Below, piece by piece: positions 7,491 to 18,163 of a DNA stretch of 64,000 nucleotides. The DNA comes from an uncultured Clostridia bacterium. Lineage in GTDB: Bacteria; Bacillota; Clostridia; Christensenellales; CAG-138. Each line of letters begins with the position of its first letter. Position 1 is the first letter of the stretch. The DNA is taken from NCBI GenBank assembly GCA_937900325.1, contig CALCEX010000070.1:15122-79121 (forward strand), given 5' to 3'. Both the position numbers and the translations under genes were made by a program. Below the pieces are notes generated by a model. That model was not told the DNA's origin. It saw only the letters and a list, made by a program, of their open reading frames with translations, and did no database searches.

Positions 7491-10463
7491 TTAGCCGAAC
7501 ACCTCCTTCATGTAGGAATCGCTCAGGCCCAGGTTGCTCTTTAGCTGCCGCTTGAGCTCCTCCGGCCGCTTCGCGGCGAAATCCTTCAGCTTGCTTATCT
7601 CGCTCTGGAAGCCCTCGTAGGTCCCAAGGTTGGTCTTGGGCTGCCTGACCCCCATAAACGTATCCTTATTGAATTTTTCCCGCTCCCGCTTTATCTCGGG
7701 CTCCACATAGCCGTAAAGCTCGTCTATGAGCGCCGTTACCCGCTCGGGGGCGAAGGCTGTATCGAGAAGCTCCGCGAAGCGGCGGCAGAAGCTGTCCTTC
7801 CAGCCGCTGTTCTGAAGCATGGCGGCAAACAGCTTTGCGGAGCACACGTCGCTGGGCGTCTTGCCCATGCGGAAAGCCAGCGTGTCGTGGCTCGGGCTCT
7901 GGAAGCCCCAGCAGAAGTCGTAGAATATGAACTTCCACTTGCCTCCCTTTAGGCGGTAGTACTGGAAATTGTAGGTATCCGTGTTGCCGTTGTATATCTC
8001 GGCTATCATGTAATCCCGGAAGCTTTCAACGTCCATTCGCTCCGCGACGTAGTTATAGGCCTCGGCCGAGGAAAGGTCGTGGGTGGTGGCGTACTCGTAA
8101 AGGCTTACCCAGTCCGAATTGTCGCCGTAGCTGCTCTGCTTGAAGCCCTTGCCTATGGCCATGTCCACGTTGTTTTCGGTATTCTCATGCTGCGCCACGA
8201 AAAAGCGGTTGCGCTTTTCCTTGAGGAAGTACACGCCCCAGTATTCGCCGTTGAGGTAAAGCACCGTGGGGCGGTAGGCCTGGTAGAGTATCTTTACGTC
8301 GGTTCCCTCCAGCAGGCCGCTTGCCAGCTCGTCCCTTATCTTGCTGCGGTTCTGATCCTGCGCGCCGGCCCTGAGCACCACCGCCTTGTATTCCGTATAC
8401 GGGCGGTTTTCAAAGAAGGGGTACTCCATCGAGCCCTTGCCGTATTCCTTGCGGGCTATCACGTTAAAGCCCTTCTGGGCCCTGCCCCTTCCGAAGCTTC
8501 CGGCTATCCTTATGCCCACGTTCTGGGTGAAAACCTGCTTCCCGCTCTCATCAAAGAGGGAGAAGGCCGCGGGCTTTTCCCAAAGGGTATCCACCTGCTC
8601 CTCGGTTGCGAACTTGGCCTGATAGTAGGTTGCGGATTTGAGGGTGTCCGCGTATGCCGCCGCGTCCGGGTCAAACTGGTCGCCGGTGGCGTATATGCCG
8701 GTCTCGCTGTTCCAGAGGTTGTCCGGGTCGGTAACGAGCGTCACCACAGGCAGCGCGTGATCGACCCCGTCGCTTTTGAAGAGGTAGGTGGCGGTCGCCA
8801 CGTCGCCGGAAAGGTAACCGTCCTTGTATGCCGCGGCCCGTATGACGGTGTTTTTGCTTATCGTCAGCTCGCCGCCGTATACCTCGGAGCCGGCGTTGGG
8901 GGTGGTGCAGTCGGTGGTGTAGCGTATGGTCTCCCCTTCCCCTGCGGTTATCGCCACGGTAACGGTATCATCGTATATGCCGGGGGTAACGCTGAAGGCG
9001 GGCTGCTGGGTTATGCCCTCATACCCCTTGCCGTTCTGCGCGCCGGGGGTGGGGTCCGCATAGTAAAAGCGCTGGTCCGAGCCGTCCCTGCCGTAGCTCT
9101 GGCCGGACCTCATGCGGCCCGCGGACAGCTTGTCTATGAGCTTTCCGCCGGGATCGAAGAGGAACAGCGTCTCGCCCGTTGAGCTTATGCTGAAATTAAG
9201 CTGGAGATTTTTTTTTTGAGCCTTGTCGGCGCTGCCCGTAGCGTAAAGCAGCAGATACTCGCCCGGCTCTATGGATATATCCGGGAACACCCACTTCGCG
9301 GGGTTCTTGGGGTTGTTTGATATGCCGTAGCCCGCAAGGCTGACGGCGCTCCCCGTGGAATTGTACAGCTCCACCCAGTCGGAGGCGACGCTGCCCGTGG
9401 AGCCGCCGAACTCGCTTATGTACACCCCGCTCAGGGGCAGCCTGTTGGCGGCGTCAAAGGCGGAGTAGCCCGCGCCGGTGTTGGGGTAGCCGGGGCTTGG
9501 CTGGGAACTGGGCTGGAACTCGCCCGTGCCGTCGGGTATGCGCGCCATGGAGACGTCCGTCTCCTGGCTTTTAAAGGAATAGCTGTCTATTATCCTTCCG
9601 GCCTTATTGGCGATCACCACATCCTCGCCGTAGGAGCGGAGGCCGAAGGGGGCGTGCAGCTCGCCGTTCTGCAAGCCCTCGTTTCCGGAGCAGAACACCA
9701 CAAGGTAGCCCTTGGCGGCTATTGTAGTGCCGTCGGGGAAGCGGTATTTCATGGGCTGGGAAAGGTTATCCGATATGCCGAAGCCTGATACGTCCATATC
9801 CGCATCCGTTGAATTGTAAAGCTCTATCCAGTCGGAATAATTGCCGAAGCTGTCGCAGAGGGTGGTGGCGTTGCTGGCCATGAACTCGTTGATATAGAGG
9901 CCTATGTCCTCCGTCTCCTTAAGGCTCGCCTCGTATTCCGCCATGCCCTCCTCGGTCTTGGGGTAGCCGGGGCAGGGCTTTGCCTGCGTCCATACATCGC
10001 CCTCCCGGCGCAGCACCATGCCGGAGTCCACCGCGCTGAGCACGGCGGTATCCAGCGGCCTGCCGGAAGCGTCAAACAGCACCGCCTCCTCGCCCGCGCT
10101 GAGCTTGAAGGGGGCGTGCATATCATCCTCCGCCTCGCCGCTGCACCAGACCACCACATAGGCGCCCGGCTCCAGCACCGTGCCCGCGGGGAACACGTAC
10201 TTTGCGCCCTCGAGCAGGCTGTCGGACAGGCCGTAGCCGGATATGTCCGCCTTTTCGGATGAGCCGTTGTGCAGCTCTATATAGTCCGGGTAGCCGCCCA
10301 GGTTATCCGGCACGGAGCCCTTGTTGGATATCATTATCTCGCTGAGCGCGACGGCGTCCGCCGGAGCCTTTGTGCTGCCTTCCTTAAGGCTTATCAAAAA
10401 TACGGCCAATATGACGATAAGCGCCAGGCTTATCAGTATCGACCTGAGCCGTTTCTTTCTCAA
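7491..10463 (-). CDS. CotH kinase family protein with N-terminal TM anchor, three lamin-tail (LTD) domains and a Chb/Hex-C-like beta domain
   Basis: 990 aa, TTG start. Three repeats of the pattern (I/V)SE(I/F)...DWIELYN...(I/V)SG(Y/F)G(L/I)SD. The C-terminal 450 aa are CotH-like (YLNGEYWGVYFLKEK, IAEIYNGNTD). Confidence 0.8.
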   Translation of the reverse strand: MRKKRLRSILISLALIVILAVFLISLKEGSTKAPADAVALSEIMISNKGSVPDNLGGYPDYIELHNGSSEKADISGYGLSDSLLEGAKYVFPAGTVLEPGAYVVVWCSGEAEDDMHAPFKLSAGEEAVLFDASGRPLDTAVLSAVDSGMVLRREGDVWTQAKPCPGYPKTEEGMAEYEASLKETEDIGLYINEFMASNATTLCDSFGNYSDWIELYNSTDADMDVSGFGISDNLSQPMKYRFPDGTTIAAKGYLVVFCSGNEGLQNGELHAPFGLRSYGEDVVIANKAGRIIDSYSFKSQETDVSMARIPDGTGEFQPSSQPSPGYPNTGAGYSAFDAANRLPLSGVYISEFGGSTGSVASDWVELYNSTGSAVSLAGYGISNNPKNPAKWVFPDISIEPGEYLLLYATGSADKAQKKNLQLNFSISSTGETLFLFDPGGKLIDKLSAGRMRSGQSYGRDGSDQRFYYADPTPGAQNGKGYEGITQQPAFSVTPGIYDDTVTVAITAGEGETIRYTTDCTTPNAGSEVYGGELTISKNTVIRAAAYKDGYLSGDVATATYLFKSDGVDHALPVVTLVTDPDNLWNSETGIYATGDQFDPDAAAYADTLKSATYYQAKFATEEQVDTLWEKPAAFSLFDESGKQVFTQNVGIRIAGSFGRGRAQKGFNVIARKEYGKGSMEYPFFENRPYTEYKAVVLRAGAQDQNRSKIRDELASGLLEGTDVKILYQAYRPTVLYLNGEYWGVYFLKEKRNRFFVAQHENTENNVDMAIGKGFKQSSYGDNSDWVSLYEYATTHDLSSAEAYNYVAERMDVESFRDYMIAEIYNGNTDTYNFQYYRLKGGKWKFIFYDFCWGFQSPSHDTLAFRMGKTPSDVCSAKLFAAMLQNSGWKDSFCRRFAELLDTAFAPERVTALIDELYGYVEPEIKREREKFNKDTFMGVRQPKTNLGTYEGFQSEISKLKDFAAKRPEELKRQLKSNLGLSDSYMKEVFG

Positions 10464-10552
10464 TTCGTTTTCCTCTTTATTATCTGTATCGGCACATAGC
10501 CATGATCATTGTATCATAAAAGAGCGGATAATGCTATGAAGTAATGGTGAAT

Positions 10553-10585
10553 AAAAAAGCCTCCTTCGTTGATACGAAGGAGGGC
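10553..10585 (-). terminator. Intrinsic terminator after the alpha/beta hydrolase gene
   Basis: On the - strand: GCCUCCUUCG-uaucaa-CGAAGGAGGC followed by UUUUUU. Confidence 0.75.
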
Positions 10586-10597
10586 GGTTATTATTAT

Positions 10598-11941
10598 TTA
10601 CGCCTCCGGCTGTATGGCCGGGATATATTCAAGCGTGGCCGCGATGACCTTTTCCGCCTTTTCCTCATGGAGGAGGTGCCCCGCGTTGCGCATTGTGGCA
10701 AAGCCGGCGTAGGGCATCGCCGTATGGTACGGCTCCGAGCCGTCGCCCTGGCGCCACTTATCCTCGCTGCCCTGAAGCATCAGCACGGGGGCCTCAAGGG
10801 AGCGGAGCCTCGAAACAACGCCCTCATCGTCAAAGTTGTGGAAGGAGGCCCGCAGCGCCCAGCGGGATTCGCGGTCGGATATGGTCTTGTAGTATTCGCC
10901 AACTACCTCCGGGCTCATCATGCGCGCAAGGTCGAAATAGCACTCCGAAAGCACCTTTTCCACCGTGCGCATACCGTAAAGCATGGAGGCCACGCCGCCC
11001 AATATGCTGCTGTCCATGAGCTTTATGGCAAGCGGCATCTCGGGTGAAATGCCTCCCGGGGCTATGAGCATCATCTTGCCTACCCTGTCCGGATTATCCA
11101 GCGCGAAGCGCAGCGCATATGCGGAGCCCATGGAAAACGCCATTATATGGGCCGACTGCACGCCTATGGCGTCCATGAAAAGCCCCAGCGTCATGGCCTG
11201 CTCCTCAACGGTATAGCTGAAGTTCTCCGGCCTTGAGGAATAGCCGTGGCCCAGCAGGTCTATGGCTATAACCCGGTAATTAAGGCTGAGGCGGGAGAAC
11301 ATATTGCGCCAGGTATAGAAGGACTGGCCCACGCTGTGTATGAGTATCAGCGGCTCGCCGTTGCCTTCTTCGATATAGTGTATGCGGGCGCGCTCCGTCC
11401 TCGGGCCCTCGATCTCCGGCTCCTGATATTCCTCTTCGTCCTCCTCGGGCTGCTCTGCCCGGGCGGTCTTTGGCCCGTCGTCAAACATGGCGGCTACGCG
11501 GCGCGCTTCCTCCGCCGCCGCCCTGCGGCGGGCGCGGGCCTTTTCGGCCTCCTCTTCCTCGTCCAGCTCCTCGTCCAGCTCCTCGTCGAGCTCCTCGTCG
11601 AGCTCCTCGTCCAGCTCCTCGTCCGATTTGGCGGCGCGCTTCCTGCCGAACAGGCCGCCCCTGCGGGACCTTCTGCGCTCCTCCTCTTCCTCCGCGTCCA
11701 GCTCCGCCTCGATCTCGCTGTCCATATCGTCATAACCGTCGTCATCGTCATAGTCAGCCCTTTTGCGCATAAAGGAAGCCTTCCTGTCCTTCTTTTCCTT
11801 CCTGTCCTTCTTTTCCGGCTTCTTTCTGGCTTTCTTTGGGGGTTCCTCGTCCTCGATCCGGGCTATGGGCAGCTCGATCTGAGCAAAATTGCCTACGTAT
11901 TCGGTATTAACGAACTTTTTAACTTCCAGCGAAATAGCCAC
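10598..11941 (-). CDS. Alpha/beta hydrolase with a roughly 190-aa charged low-complexity N-terminal region
   Basis: 447 aa. GTG start preceded by GGAGGA. The C-terminal 250 aa form an alpha/beta fold (HSVGQS..., nucleophile elbow FSMGS, late His). The N-terminus is K/E/D/R-rich with (DEEL)n. Confidence 0.8.
   Translation of the reverse strand: MAISLEVKKFVNTEYVGNFAQIELPIARIEDEEPPKKARKKPEKKDRKEKKDRKASFMRKRADYDDDDGYDDMDSEIEAELDAEEEEERRRSRRGGLFGRKRAAKSDEELDEELDEELDEELDEELDEEEEAEKARARRRAAAEEARRVAAMFDDGPKTARAEQPEEDEEEYQEPEIEGPRTERARIHYIEEGNGEPLILIHSVGQSFYTWRNMFSRLSLNYRVIAIDLLGHGYSSRPENFSYTVEEQAMTLGLFMDAIGVQSAHIMAFSMGSAYALRFALDNPDRVGKMMLIAPGGISPEMPLAIKLMDSSILGGVASMLYGMRTVEKVLSECYFDLARMMSPEVVGEYYKTISDRESRWALRASFHNFDDEGVVSRLRSLEAPVLMLQGSEDKWRQGDGSEPYHTAMPYAGFATMRNAGHLLHEEKAEKVIAATLEYIPAIQPEA
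11557..11624. repeat. 12-bp tandem repeat, about 5.7 copies (CCTCGTC[C/G]AGCT), encoding (DEEL)n in the hydrolase
   Basis: Read directly from the sequence. Units start at 11557, 11569, 11581, 11593 and 11605, with a partial unit at 11617. Confidence 0.9.
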
Positions 11942-12073
11942 TTATATCCTCCGTTCAGGGTCAGGGTCTGCCGTATGTGCATACGCACCCTTATAATTTT
12001 TATACCTAATCAGTTTATTTTACATTTTTCCCGGGCCTATTGCAAGTATATATGCTCCCGATCGGCCAAACTG

Positions 12074-13429
12074 TCACGAATTGTTTACCATATCCCGGCA
12101 GAGCCTGAGCAGCGCGGCCTTATTGTTGTCCTCCGGGCGTTTGGCGCAGTGCCTCATAAGCCCCGCCTTTACGCGCCCTATCGCCGGGGAAGGGGGTATA
12201 CCGAGAGCGCGGGCTATGTCGTCCCCCGTTACTGCGAGCTGCCGCTCCTCAAAGGGCGTCCCCGCCGCTATCATGGCTTCCAGTATGCGCTCCCACCTGT
12301 CCGCGGACTCCACCGCCCCCTCTATCAGGCCGCTGCCGTGAACATCCGCCCGGCGGAGGGCTATCAGCCTGCGCGAGCGCTCTATTCCCATCTCCTGAAG
12401 CCACAGCCGTATGGTATCCTCCCTCGCCTCGGTGCGAAGGTCGAACATATGGGCGCGTATGAGCGCCGTTACCTCCCTTATTACGCCGGAGGGGTACCTG
12501 AGCCTTTCCAGTATTCCCCGGGCAATATCCGCGCCCAGGACGTCGTGGGTGTACATACGGCCCGTGGCCCGAAGCGCCGCCGGCTTGCCCACGTCGTGGA
12601 GCAGGGCGGCAAGGCGGAGGATAAGCTCCGGCCCTATGCAGTCCACCGTATGGAAGCAGTGATGCAGCACGTCGTATCTGTGATACTGCGGCTTCTGGGC
12701 TACTCCCCGCCCCTCTGCAAGCTCGGGCATTATAACGTCTATCGCGCCCAGTCTGTCCAGCATCTCAAGCCCCCTGTAAGGCCCGTGGGGAACGCCGTAT
12801 TTCGCATCGGAAAGCAGTATCCTGTCCAGCTCCTCCCGTATGCGCTCCGGCGATATATCCGCAAGGCCGGGCGCATGCTCCCTCGCGGCCGCGAAGGTGC
12901 CCTTTTCCGCCTCAAAGCCCAGCTCCGCCCCGAAGCGGGCCAGGCGCATTATGCGCAGGGCGTCCTCCCCCATTATGACGGCGGGATCCTCTGAGGTGGC
13001 CCTGAGCAGCCTTTTTTTCAGGTCCGCCATGCCGCCCGTCGGGTCCGTAAGCTCGCCGGTCAGTATGTTTTCATATATGGCGTTCACGGTAAAATCCCGG
13101 CGGAAGGCGTCCTCGTTTATGTCCTTTGAGTAAGCCACCCCGCTTGGCCGGTGTCCGCCCCCTGAGGGGTATGTATCCCGCCTGAAGGTGGTATGCTGGA
13201 ACACCTCGCCCATATAGTGCAGCTCCACCATTCCGAAGGCCGCGCCAATATCGAGGTGCTTTATGCCGTTGCTTTCGCACAGCCCCATCACCTCCCCCGG
13301 GGTCATGCCGGAGGTCACGTCGTTATCCGTGACCGGCAGGCCGAGAAGGGGGTTGCGTACCATGCCCCCCACTCCGTATAGGGTATGCCCTGCGGCGGCG
13401 AAAAGCTCTGCGAGACGTATAAGCGGCAT
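12074..13429 (-). CDS. cca: CCA tRNA nucleotidyltransferase / poly(A) polymerase-family protein with HD domain
   Basis: ORF 12074..13459. I prefer ATG 13429 because AAAGGA lies 9 nt upstream, and the longer start would overlap the gyrA terminator. Motifs: GGMVRN, DxD head domain and HD (LLHDVGK). Confidence 0.8.
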   Translation of the reverse strand: MPLIRLAELFAAAGHTLYGVGGMVRNPLLGLPVTDNDVTSGMTPGEVMGLCESNGIKHLDIGAAFGMVELHYMGEVFQHTTFRRDTYPSGGGHRPSGVAYSKDINEDAFRRDFTVNAIYENILTGELTDPTGGMADLKKRLLRATSEDPAVIMGEDALRIMRLARFGAELGFEAEKGTFAAAREHAPGLADISPERIREELDRILLSDAKYGVPHGPYRGLEMLDRLGAIDVIMPELAEGRGVAQKPQYHRYDVLHHCFHTVDCIGPELILRLAALLHDVGKPAALRATGRMYTHDVLGADIARGILERLRYPSGVIREVTALIRAHMFDLRTEAREDTIRLWLQEMGIERSRRLIALRRADVHGSGLIEGAVESADRWERILEAMIAAGTPFEERQLAVTGDDIARALGIPPSPAIGRVKAGLMRHCAKRPEDNNKAALLRLCRDMVNNS

Positions 13430-13454
13430 ATGTCGGTATCCTTTAATTAAAATA

Positions 13455-13486
13455 ATCATAAAAGGGGACAGCAGCCCATCCCCTTT
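13455..13486 (-). terminator. Terminator-like hairpin after gyrA
   Basis: On the - strand: AAGGGGA-ugggcugcug-UCCCCUU followed by UUAU. Confidence 0.45.
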
Positions 13487-13494
13487 CGCTTTGT

Positions 13495-15939
13495 TTATTC
13501 TTCTGAATCGGGGTCAACGTGCGGAACTATTGCGACGGACGCCACCCGGTCCTCGGTGCGCATAAGGCGCACGCCCTGGGTATTGCGGGATATTTCGGAT
13601 ATCTGCTCCACCGGCAGCCTTATTATGGTGCCCTCGGAGCTTATTATCATTACGTCCTCCGCCATGCCGGAGGCCCCTACCGCCTTCATGCAGACGAGAT
13701 CGCCGGTCTTTTCGGTTATGGCCATTGCTATTATGCCCTTGCCGCCCCTGCTCTGGGTGCGGTAATCCTCCTCCGGCGTGCGCTTGCCCATTCCGTTTTC
13801 GGATATGGAGAGTATGGAGGCGCCGGGGCGTACCTTCTCGGCTCCCACCACGCTGTCGTTTTCCTCGAGGGTTATGGCCTTTACGCCCGTCGCGCCCCTG
13901 CCCATGGGACGCACGTCCTCCTCGCTGAAGCGTATGCTCTTGCCCTTTCTGGTGCCGACTATTATCTCATCGCGGCCGTTTGTCATTATGGCGGCGATGA
14001 GCTCGTCCCCCTCCCTGAGGTTCTGGGCGATCATGCCGCCCTTGCGGATATTGCCGAACTCCTCAACGGGGGTCTTTTTGATCAGGCCGGCCTTGGTTAT
14101 GAGGTTCAGGTACCTGCCATCCTCCCCCAGGGGGAACAGCGTGGTCACCTTTTCTCCCTCCCTGAGGCTGAGCAGGTTCACTATGGCGGTGCCCTTTGCG
14201 GTGCGGCCCGCCTCGGGTATGCGGTAGCACTTCATCCTGAACACGCGGCCCATGTTGGTAAAGAACATTATCTCGTCATGGGTGCTGCAGCCGAACAGGT
14301 GCTCTACGAAATCCTCCTCGCGGGTGGTCTGGCCGGTTATGCCCCTGCCGCCCCGGTTCTGCGCCCTGTAGGTATCCATGCTGGTGCGCTTTACAAAGCC
14401 GAAGTGGGTGAGGGTCACCGTCATCTCCTCGGGCTGTATTATGTCGTCCAGCTCTATATCCTCGGTTATCTGGGCTATCTCGGTCCTTCTGGGGTCTGCG
14501 TATTTGCGGCGGACCTCCATTATCTCATCCCGGATTATGCCCAGCAGCTTGCTTTCATCCGCAAGCACGCTCTCATAATAGGCGATGGTCTCTATGAGGC
14601 CGTCCCTCTCCGCCTGTATCTTATCGTGCTCAAGCCCTGTGAGGCGGCCGAGGCGCATATCCAGTATCGCCTGGCTCTGCCTGTCCGTCAGGCCGAAGCG
14701 TATGTTCAGCCTTTCCTTTGCCTCCCCCTGGGTCTTTGAGGTCTTGATTATATCCACGACCTCGTCTATATTCGCCATGGCTATGAGCAGGCCCTCTAAT
14801 ATGTGCAGCCGCTCCCTGGCCTTTTCCAGGTCGTGCCTTGTGCGCCGGGTCACTACCTCCTCCTGGAATCTGAGGTAGTGGTACAGCATCTCCTTTATGT
14901 TGAGCACCTTTGGCTCGCCATCCACAAGGGCCAGCATTATCACGCCGAAGGTATCCTGAAGCTGGGTGTGCTTATAGAGCTGATTCAGGACGATATTGGC
15001 GTTCACGTCCTTTTTTATCTCTATTACCACCTTCATGCCGTTGCGGTTGCTCTCATCCCGCAACGCGGTTATGCCCTCCACCCGCTTTTCGCGCGCCAGC
15101 TCCGCTATCTTTTCCACCAAGCGCGCCTTGTTCACCTGATAAGGAAGCTCGGTGACAACTATGCGGCTCTTGCCGTTCGCCATGGGCTCTATCTCGGTCT
15201 TTGCGCGGACGAGTATCTTGCCGCGCCCCGTCCTGTATGCCTGCCTTATGCCGGCGGTGCCCATTATGGTCGCGCCGGTGGGGAAATCCGGCCCGGGCAG
15301 GTACGTCATGAGCTCCTCTACGGATATGTCCCGGTTGTCTATGAGGGCCGCGTATGCGTCTATTACCTCCCCGAGGTTATGGGGGGGTATGTTTGTGGCC
15401 ATGCCTACGGCTATGCCGTTGCTGCCGTTTACCAGCAGATTCGGGAAGCGGCTGGGCAGCACGGTGGGCTGCGTCAGCGTCTCGTCGAAGTTGGGCATGA
15501 AGTCCACGGTGCTCTTGTCTATATCCGCCAGCATCTCGAGGCTCATTTTTGAAAGCCGCGCCTCGGTATAGCGCATCGCCGCCGCGCCGTCCCCGTCCAC
15601 GCTGCCGAAGTTGCCCTGGCCCTCTACGAGAAGGTATCTGGTGTTGAAGTCCTGGGCCAGGCGCACCATCGCGTCGTATACCGAGCTGTCGCCGTGAGGA
15701 TGGTATTTGCCCAGTACGTCGCCCACTATGCGGGCGGACTTATGGAAGGGCTTATCCGGGGTGAAGCCCTGCTCCCCCATGGAGTAGAGTATGCGCCGGT
15801 GCACCGGCTTGAGGCCGTCCCGCACATCCGGCAGGGCGCGGTTTATTATTACCGCCATGGCGTAGGAAATAAAGGATTTCTTCATCTCCTGCTCTATATC
15901 CAGCGGCGTTATGCGGGGGTTGTTGGTCATGTCGTCCAT
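13495..15939 (-). CDS. gyrA: DNA gyrase subunit A
   Basis: 814 aa. [16 protein letters not shown], the active-site region AAMRYTE, and C-terminal beta-pinwheel repeats. Confidence 0.97.
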   Translation of the reverse strand: MDDMTNNPRITPLDIEQEMKKSFISYAMAVIINRALPDVRDGLKPVHRRILYSMGEQGFTPDKPFHKSARIVGDVLGKYHPHGDSSVYDAMVRLAQDFNTRYLLVEGQGNFGSVDGDGAAAMRYTEARLSKMSLEMLADIDKSTVDFMPNFDETLTQPTVLPSRFPNLLVNGSNGIAVGMATNIPPHNLGEVIDAYAALIDNRDISVEELMTYLPGPDFPTGATIMGTAGIRQAYRTGRGKILVRAKTEIEPMANGKSRIVVTELPYQVNKARLVEKIAELAREKRVEGITALRDESNRNGMKVVIEIKKDVNANIVLNQLYKHTQLQDTFGVIMLALVDGEPKVLNIKEMLYHYLRFQEEVVTRRTRHDLEKARERLHILEGLLIAMANIDEVVDIIKTSKTQGEAKERLNIRFGLTDRQSQAILDMRLGRLTGLEHDKIQAERDGLIETIAYYESVLADESKLLGIIRDEIMEVRRKYADPRRTEIAQITEDIELDDIIQPEEMTVTLTHFGFVKRTSMDTYRAQNRGGRGITGQTTREEDFVEHLFGCSTHDEIMFFTNMGRVFRMKCYRIPEAGRTAKGTAIVNLLSLREGEKVTTLFPLGEDGRYLNLITKAGLIKKTPVEEFGNIRKGGMIAQNLREGDELIAAIMTNGRDEIIVGTRKGKSIRFSEEDVRPMGRGATGVKAITLEENDSVVGAEKVRPGASILSISENGMGKRTPEEDYRTQSRGGKGIIAMAITEKTGDLVCMKAVGASGMAEDVMIISSEGTIIRLPVEQISEISRNTQGVRLMRTEDRVASVAIVPHVDPDSEE

Positions 15940-15950
15940 TTACTGCTCCT

Positions 15951-17891
15951 TTATACGTCCAGATCCACTACCAGCTTGCTGTTCTGCTCTATGAACTCCC
16001 TGCGGGGATCCACCTTATCCCCCATGAGCGTAGAGAATATCTCGTCCGCCCGTATGGCGTCCTCAAGGTGTACCCGGTACATCATGCGGTTGTCCGGGTC
16101 CATGGTGGTCTCCCATAGCTGGTCCGGGTTCATCTCGCCCAGGCCCTTGTAGCGGTTGATGAGGGGCTTGGGGTCCCGCCCTATCTCGGAAAGTATCTTT
16201 GAAAGCTGCTCGTCGTCATAGGCGTACCATATGTTCTTGCCCCGGGTGATCCTATACAGCGGGGGCTGGGCGGCGTATATGCGGCCGTGCTCTATAAGGG
16301 GGCGCATATGCCTGTAAAAGAAGGTGAGCAGCAGTATCCTTATGTGCGCGCCGTCCACGTCCGCATCCGTCATGCAGACTATCTTGTGATAGCGGAGCCT
16401 GCTCTCGTCAAACTCGGTGTCTATGCCGGTGCCGAAGGCGGTTATCATGGAGCGTATCTCGTTGTTGGCGAGCATCTTGTCAAGGCGGGTCTTTTCAACG
16501 TTGAGTATCTTTCCGCGAAGGGGCAGTATGGCCTGGAACTCCGGGTTGCGCCCCATCTTGGCGGAGCCGCCCGCGGAATCCCCCTCTACCAGGAATATCT
16601 CGCATTTTTCCGGCTCGTTGCTGTTGCAGTCCGCAAGCTTGCCGGGGAGCGCTATATTCTCGAGGCCGGTCTTTTTGCGGGTAAGGTCCCTCGCCCTCCT
16701 CGCGGCCTCCCTGGCCCTCGATGCGGTTATGCATTTGTCTATTATCAGCCTTGCGGTCTGCGGGTGCTCCTCAAAATAGAAGCCCAGGCCGTTGCCCACC
16801 ACGCCGTCCACAAGGGACTTGATATAGGAATTGCCCAGCTTGGTCTTGGTCTGCCCTTCAAACTGGGGCTCCACAAGCTTTACGCTTATTATCGCGGTAA
16901 GTCCCTCCCGGACGTCGTCGCCGGAGAGGTTCGCGTCGTTATCCTTGAGCAGCCTGTATTTCCTCGCGTAGTCGTTTATGCTGCGGGCAAGGGCGCTGCG
17001 GAAGCCCTGAAGGTGGGTGCCGCCCTCGGCGGTATTTATGTTGTTGGCGAAGGCGAATACGCTTTCGTTATAGTCGGTGTTGTACTGCATGGCCACCTCC
17101 ACGGAGGCCACCTGCTGCTTCGCGGGGTCGTCCCTTCTGCCCTCGAAATACATGACGTCCTCATGGAGCACGTCCTTGCTTTTGTTAAGGTGCTCCACAA
17201 AGGAGATTATGCCGCCCTCATAGCAGTATTTTTTGCTCTGCACCGGGTCCGTGCGCTCATCCGTGACGGTTATGGCCACGCCCTTGTTCAGGAAGGCCAG
17301 CTCCCTCATGCGCCCCCGCAGGGTATCGTAGTTGTAATCCAGCGTGTCGAATATCTTATCGCTCGCAAGGAAGGTTATGGTGGTGCCGGAGCCTTCCCCT
17401 TCGTATGTGCCTACCTGCTCTACCCCCGTCACCGGGTCGCCGTTTACATATTGCTGCCGGTATACTATGCCGTCCCGGCGCACCTCCGCGGTAAGCGAGC
17501 TGGAAAGGGCGTTTACCACGGACAAGCCAACGCCGTGCAGGCCGCCGGATACCTTATAGCCGCTGCCGCCGAACTTGCCCCCCGCGTGCAGCACGGTAAG
17601 CGCTACCTCCAGCGCGGATTTATGCATCTTCTCATGGTAGCCCACGGGTATGCCGCGGCCGTTATCCCGGACGGATACGGAATTGTCCGGGTGTATGGTG
17701 ACCTCTATATGGGTGCAGTAGCCGCCCATGGCCTCGTCTATGGCGTTATCCACCAGCTCCTTTACAAGGTGGTGCAGTCCCCGCACATCCGTGGAGCCTA
17801 TATACATACCGGGGCGGCGCTTTACCGCCTCCAGCCCCTCGAGCACCTGTATCTCGTTTGCGTTGTAGTTTGCGTGGTTGTTCTGTTCCAT
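15951..17891 (-). CDS. gyrB: DNA gyrase subunit B
   Basis: 646 aa. GHKL ATPase ([15 protein letters not shown]), Toprim ([12 protein letters not shown]) and [10 protein letters not shown]. Confidence 0.97.
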   Translation of the reverse strand: MEQNNHANYNANEIQVLEGLEAVKRRPGMYIGSTDVRGLHHLVKELVDNAIDEAMGGYCTHIEVTIHPDNSVSVRDNGRGIPVGYHEKMHKSALEVALTVLHAGGKFGGSGYKVSGGLHGVGLSVVNALSSSLTAEVRRDGIVYRQQYVNGDPVTGVEQVGTYEGEGSGTTITFLASDKIFDTLDYNYDTLRGRMRELAFLNKGVAITVTDERTDPVQSKKYCYEGGIISFVEHLNKSKDVLHEDVMYFEGRRDDPAKQQVASVEVAMQYNTDYNESVFAFANNINTAEGGTHLQGFRSALARSINDYARKYRLLKDNDANLSGDDVREGLTAIISVKLVEPQFEGQTKTKLGNSYIKSLVDGVVGNGLGFYFEEHPQTARLIIDKCITASRAREAARRARDLTRKKTGLENIALPGKLADCNSNEPEKCEIFLVEGDSAGGSAKMGRNPEFQAILPLRGKILNVEKTRLDKMLANNEIRSMITAFGTGIDTEFDESRLRYHKIVCMTDADVDGAHIRILLLTFFYRHMRPLIEHGRIYAAQPPLYRITRGKNIWYAYDDEQLSKILSEIGRDPKPLINRYKGLGEMNPDQLWETTMDPDNRMMYRVHLEDAIRADEIFSTLMGDKVDPRREFIEQNSKLVVDLDV

Positions 17892-17911
17892 GGTAAATGC
17901 CCTTCTGTAAA

Positions 17912-18151
17912 TTATCTCCTGGCTATCGCCGCCGCCCCCGCAGCCGATGCGTACACCCTTATTCCATCGGGCGCCGCGGCGATAACGTATGTGTCCCCCT
18001 CGCCGCCGGATACGCAGTCCACCCGGCCGGAGCCTATGGCCGCCTCCATAAAGCGGCGGTTGTCGTATGAATACATCACCGTTTCCCGGGGCAGTATAAG
18101 GAGTATTTCCTCATCGTCCACTACCTTATCCCCGCCTATATGCAGATACAT
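17912..18151 (-). CDS. remB: DUF370 protein (RemB/YaaB-like)
   Basis: 79 aa. [11 protein letters not shown]... matches the DUF370 N-terminus. It holds the conserved position between recF and gyrB. RBS GGAGGAATA. Confidence 0.75.
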   Translation of the reverse strand: MYLHIGGDKVVDDEEILLILPRETVMYSYDNRRFMEAAIGSGRVDCVSGGEGDTYVIAAAPDGIRVYASAAGAAAIARR

Positions 18152-18163
18152 TATTCCTCCCCG

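Noticed and set aside
11470-11772. Poly-Ser and Pro/Arg-rich ORFs (11487..11735, 11470..11772, 11494..11751).
   Set aside because: These are alternative frames or strands of the 12-bp (DEEL)n repeat region inside the hydrolase gene, so they are frame artefacts of a tandem repeat.
12074-13459. N-terminally extended start codons from the ORF track for cca (13459), recF (19285), noc-like (21654), mnmE (24276), yidC (27926), dnaA (28946), livG (32179), the methyltransferase (44915), cysS (47366) and ntpI (58445).
   Set aside because: In each case a downstream ATG has a proper Shine-Dalgarno sequence, matches the conserved family N-terminus, and removes an overlap with a neighbouring gene or terminator.
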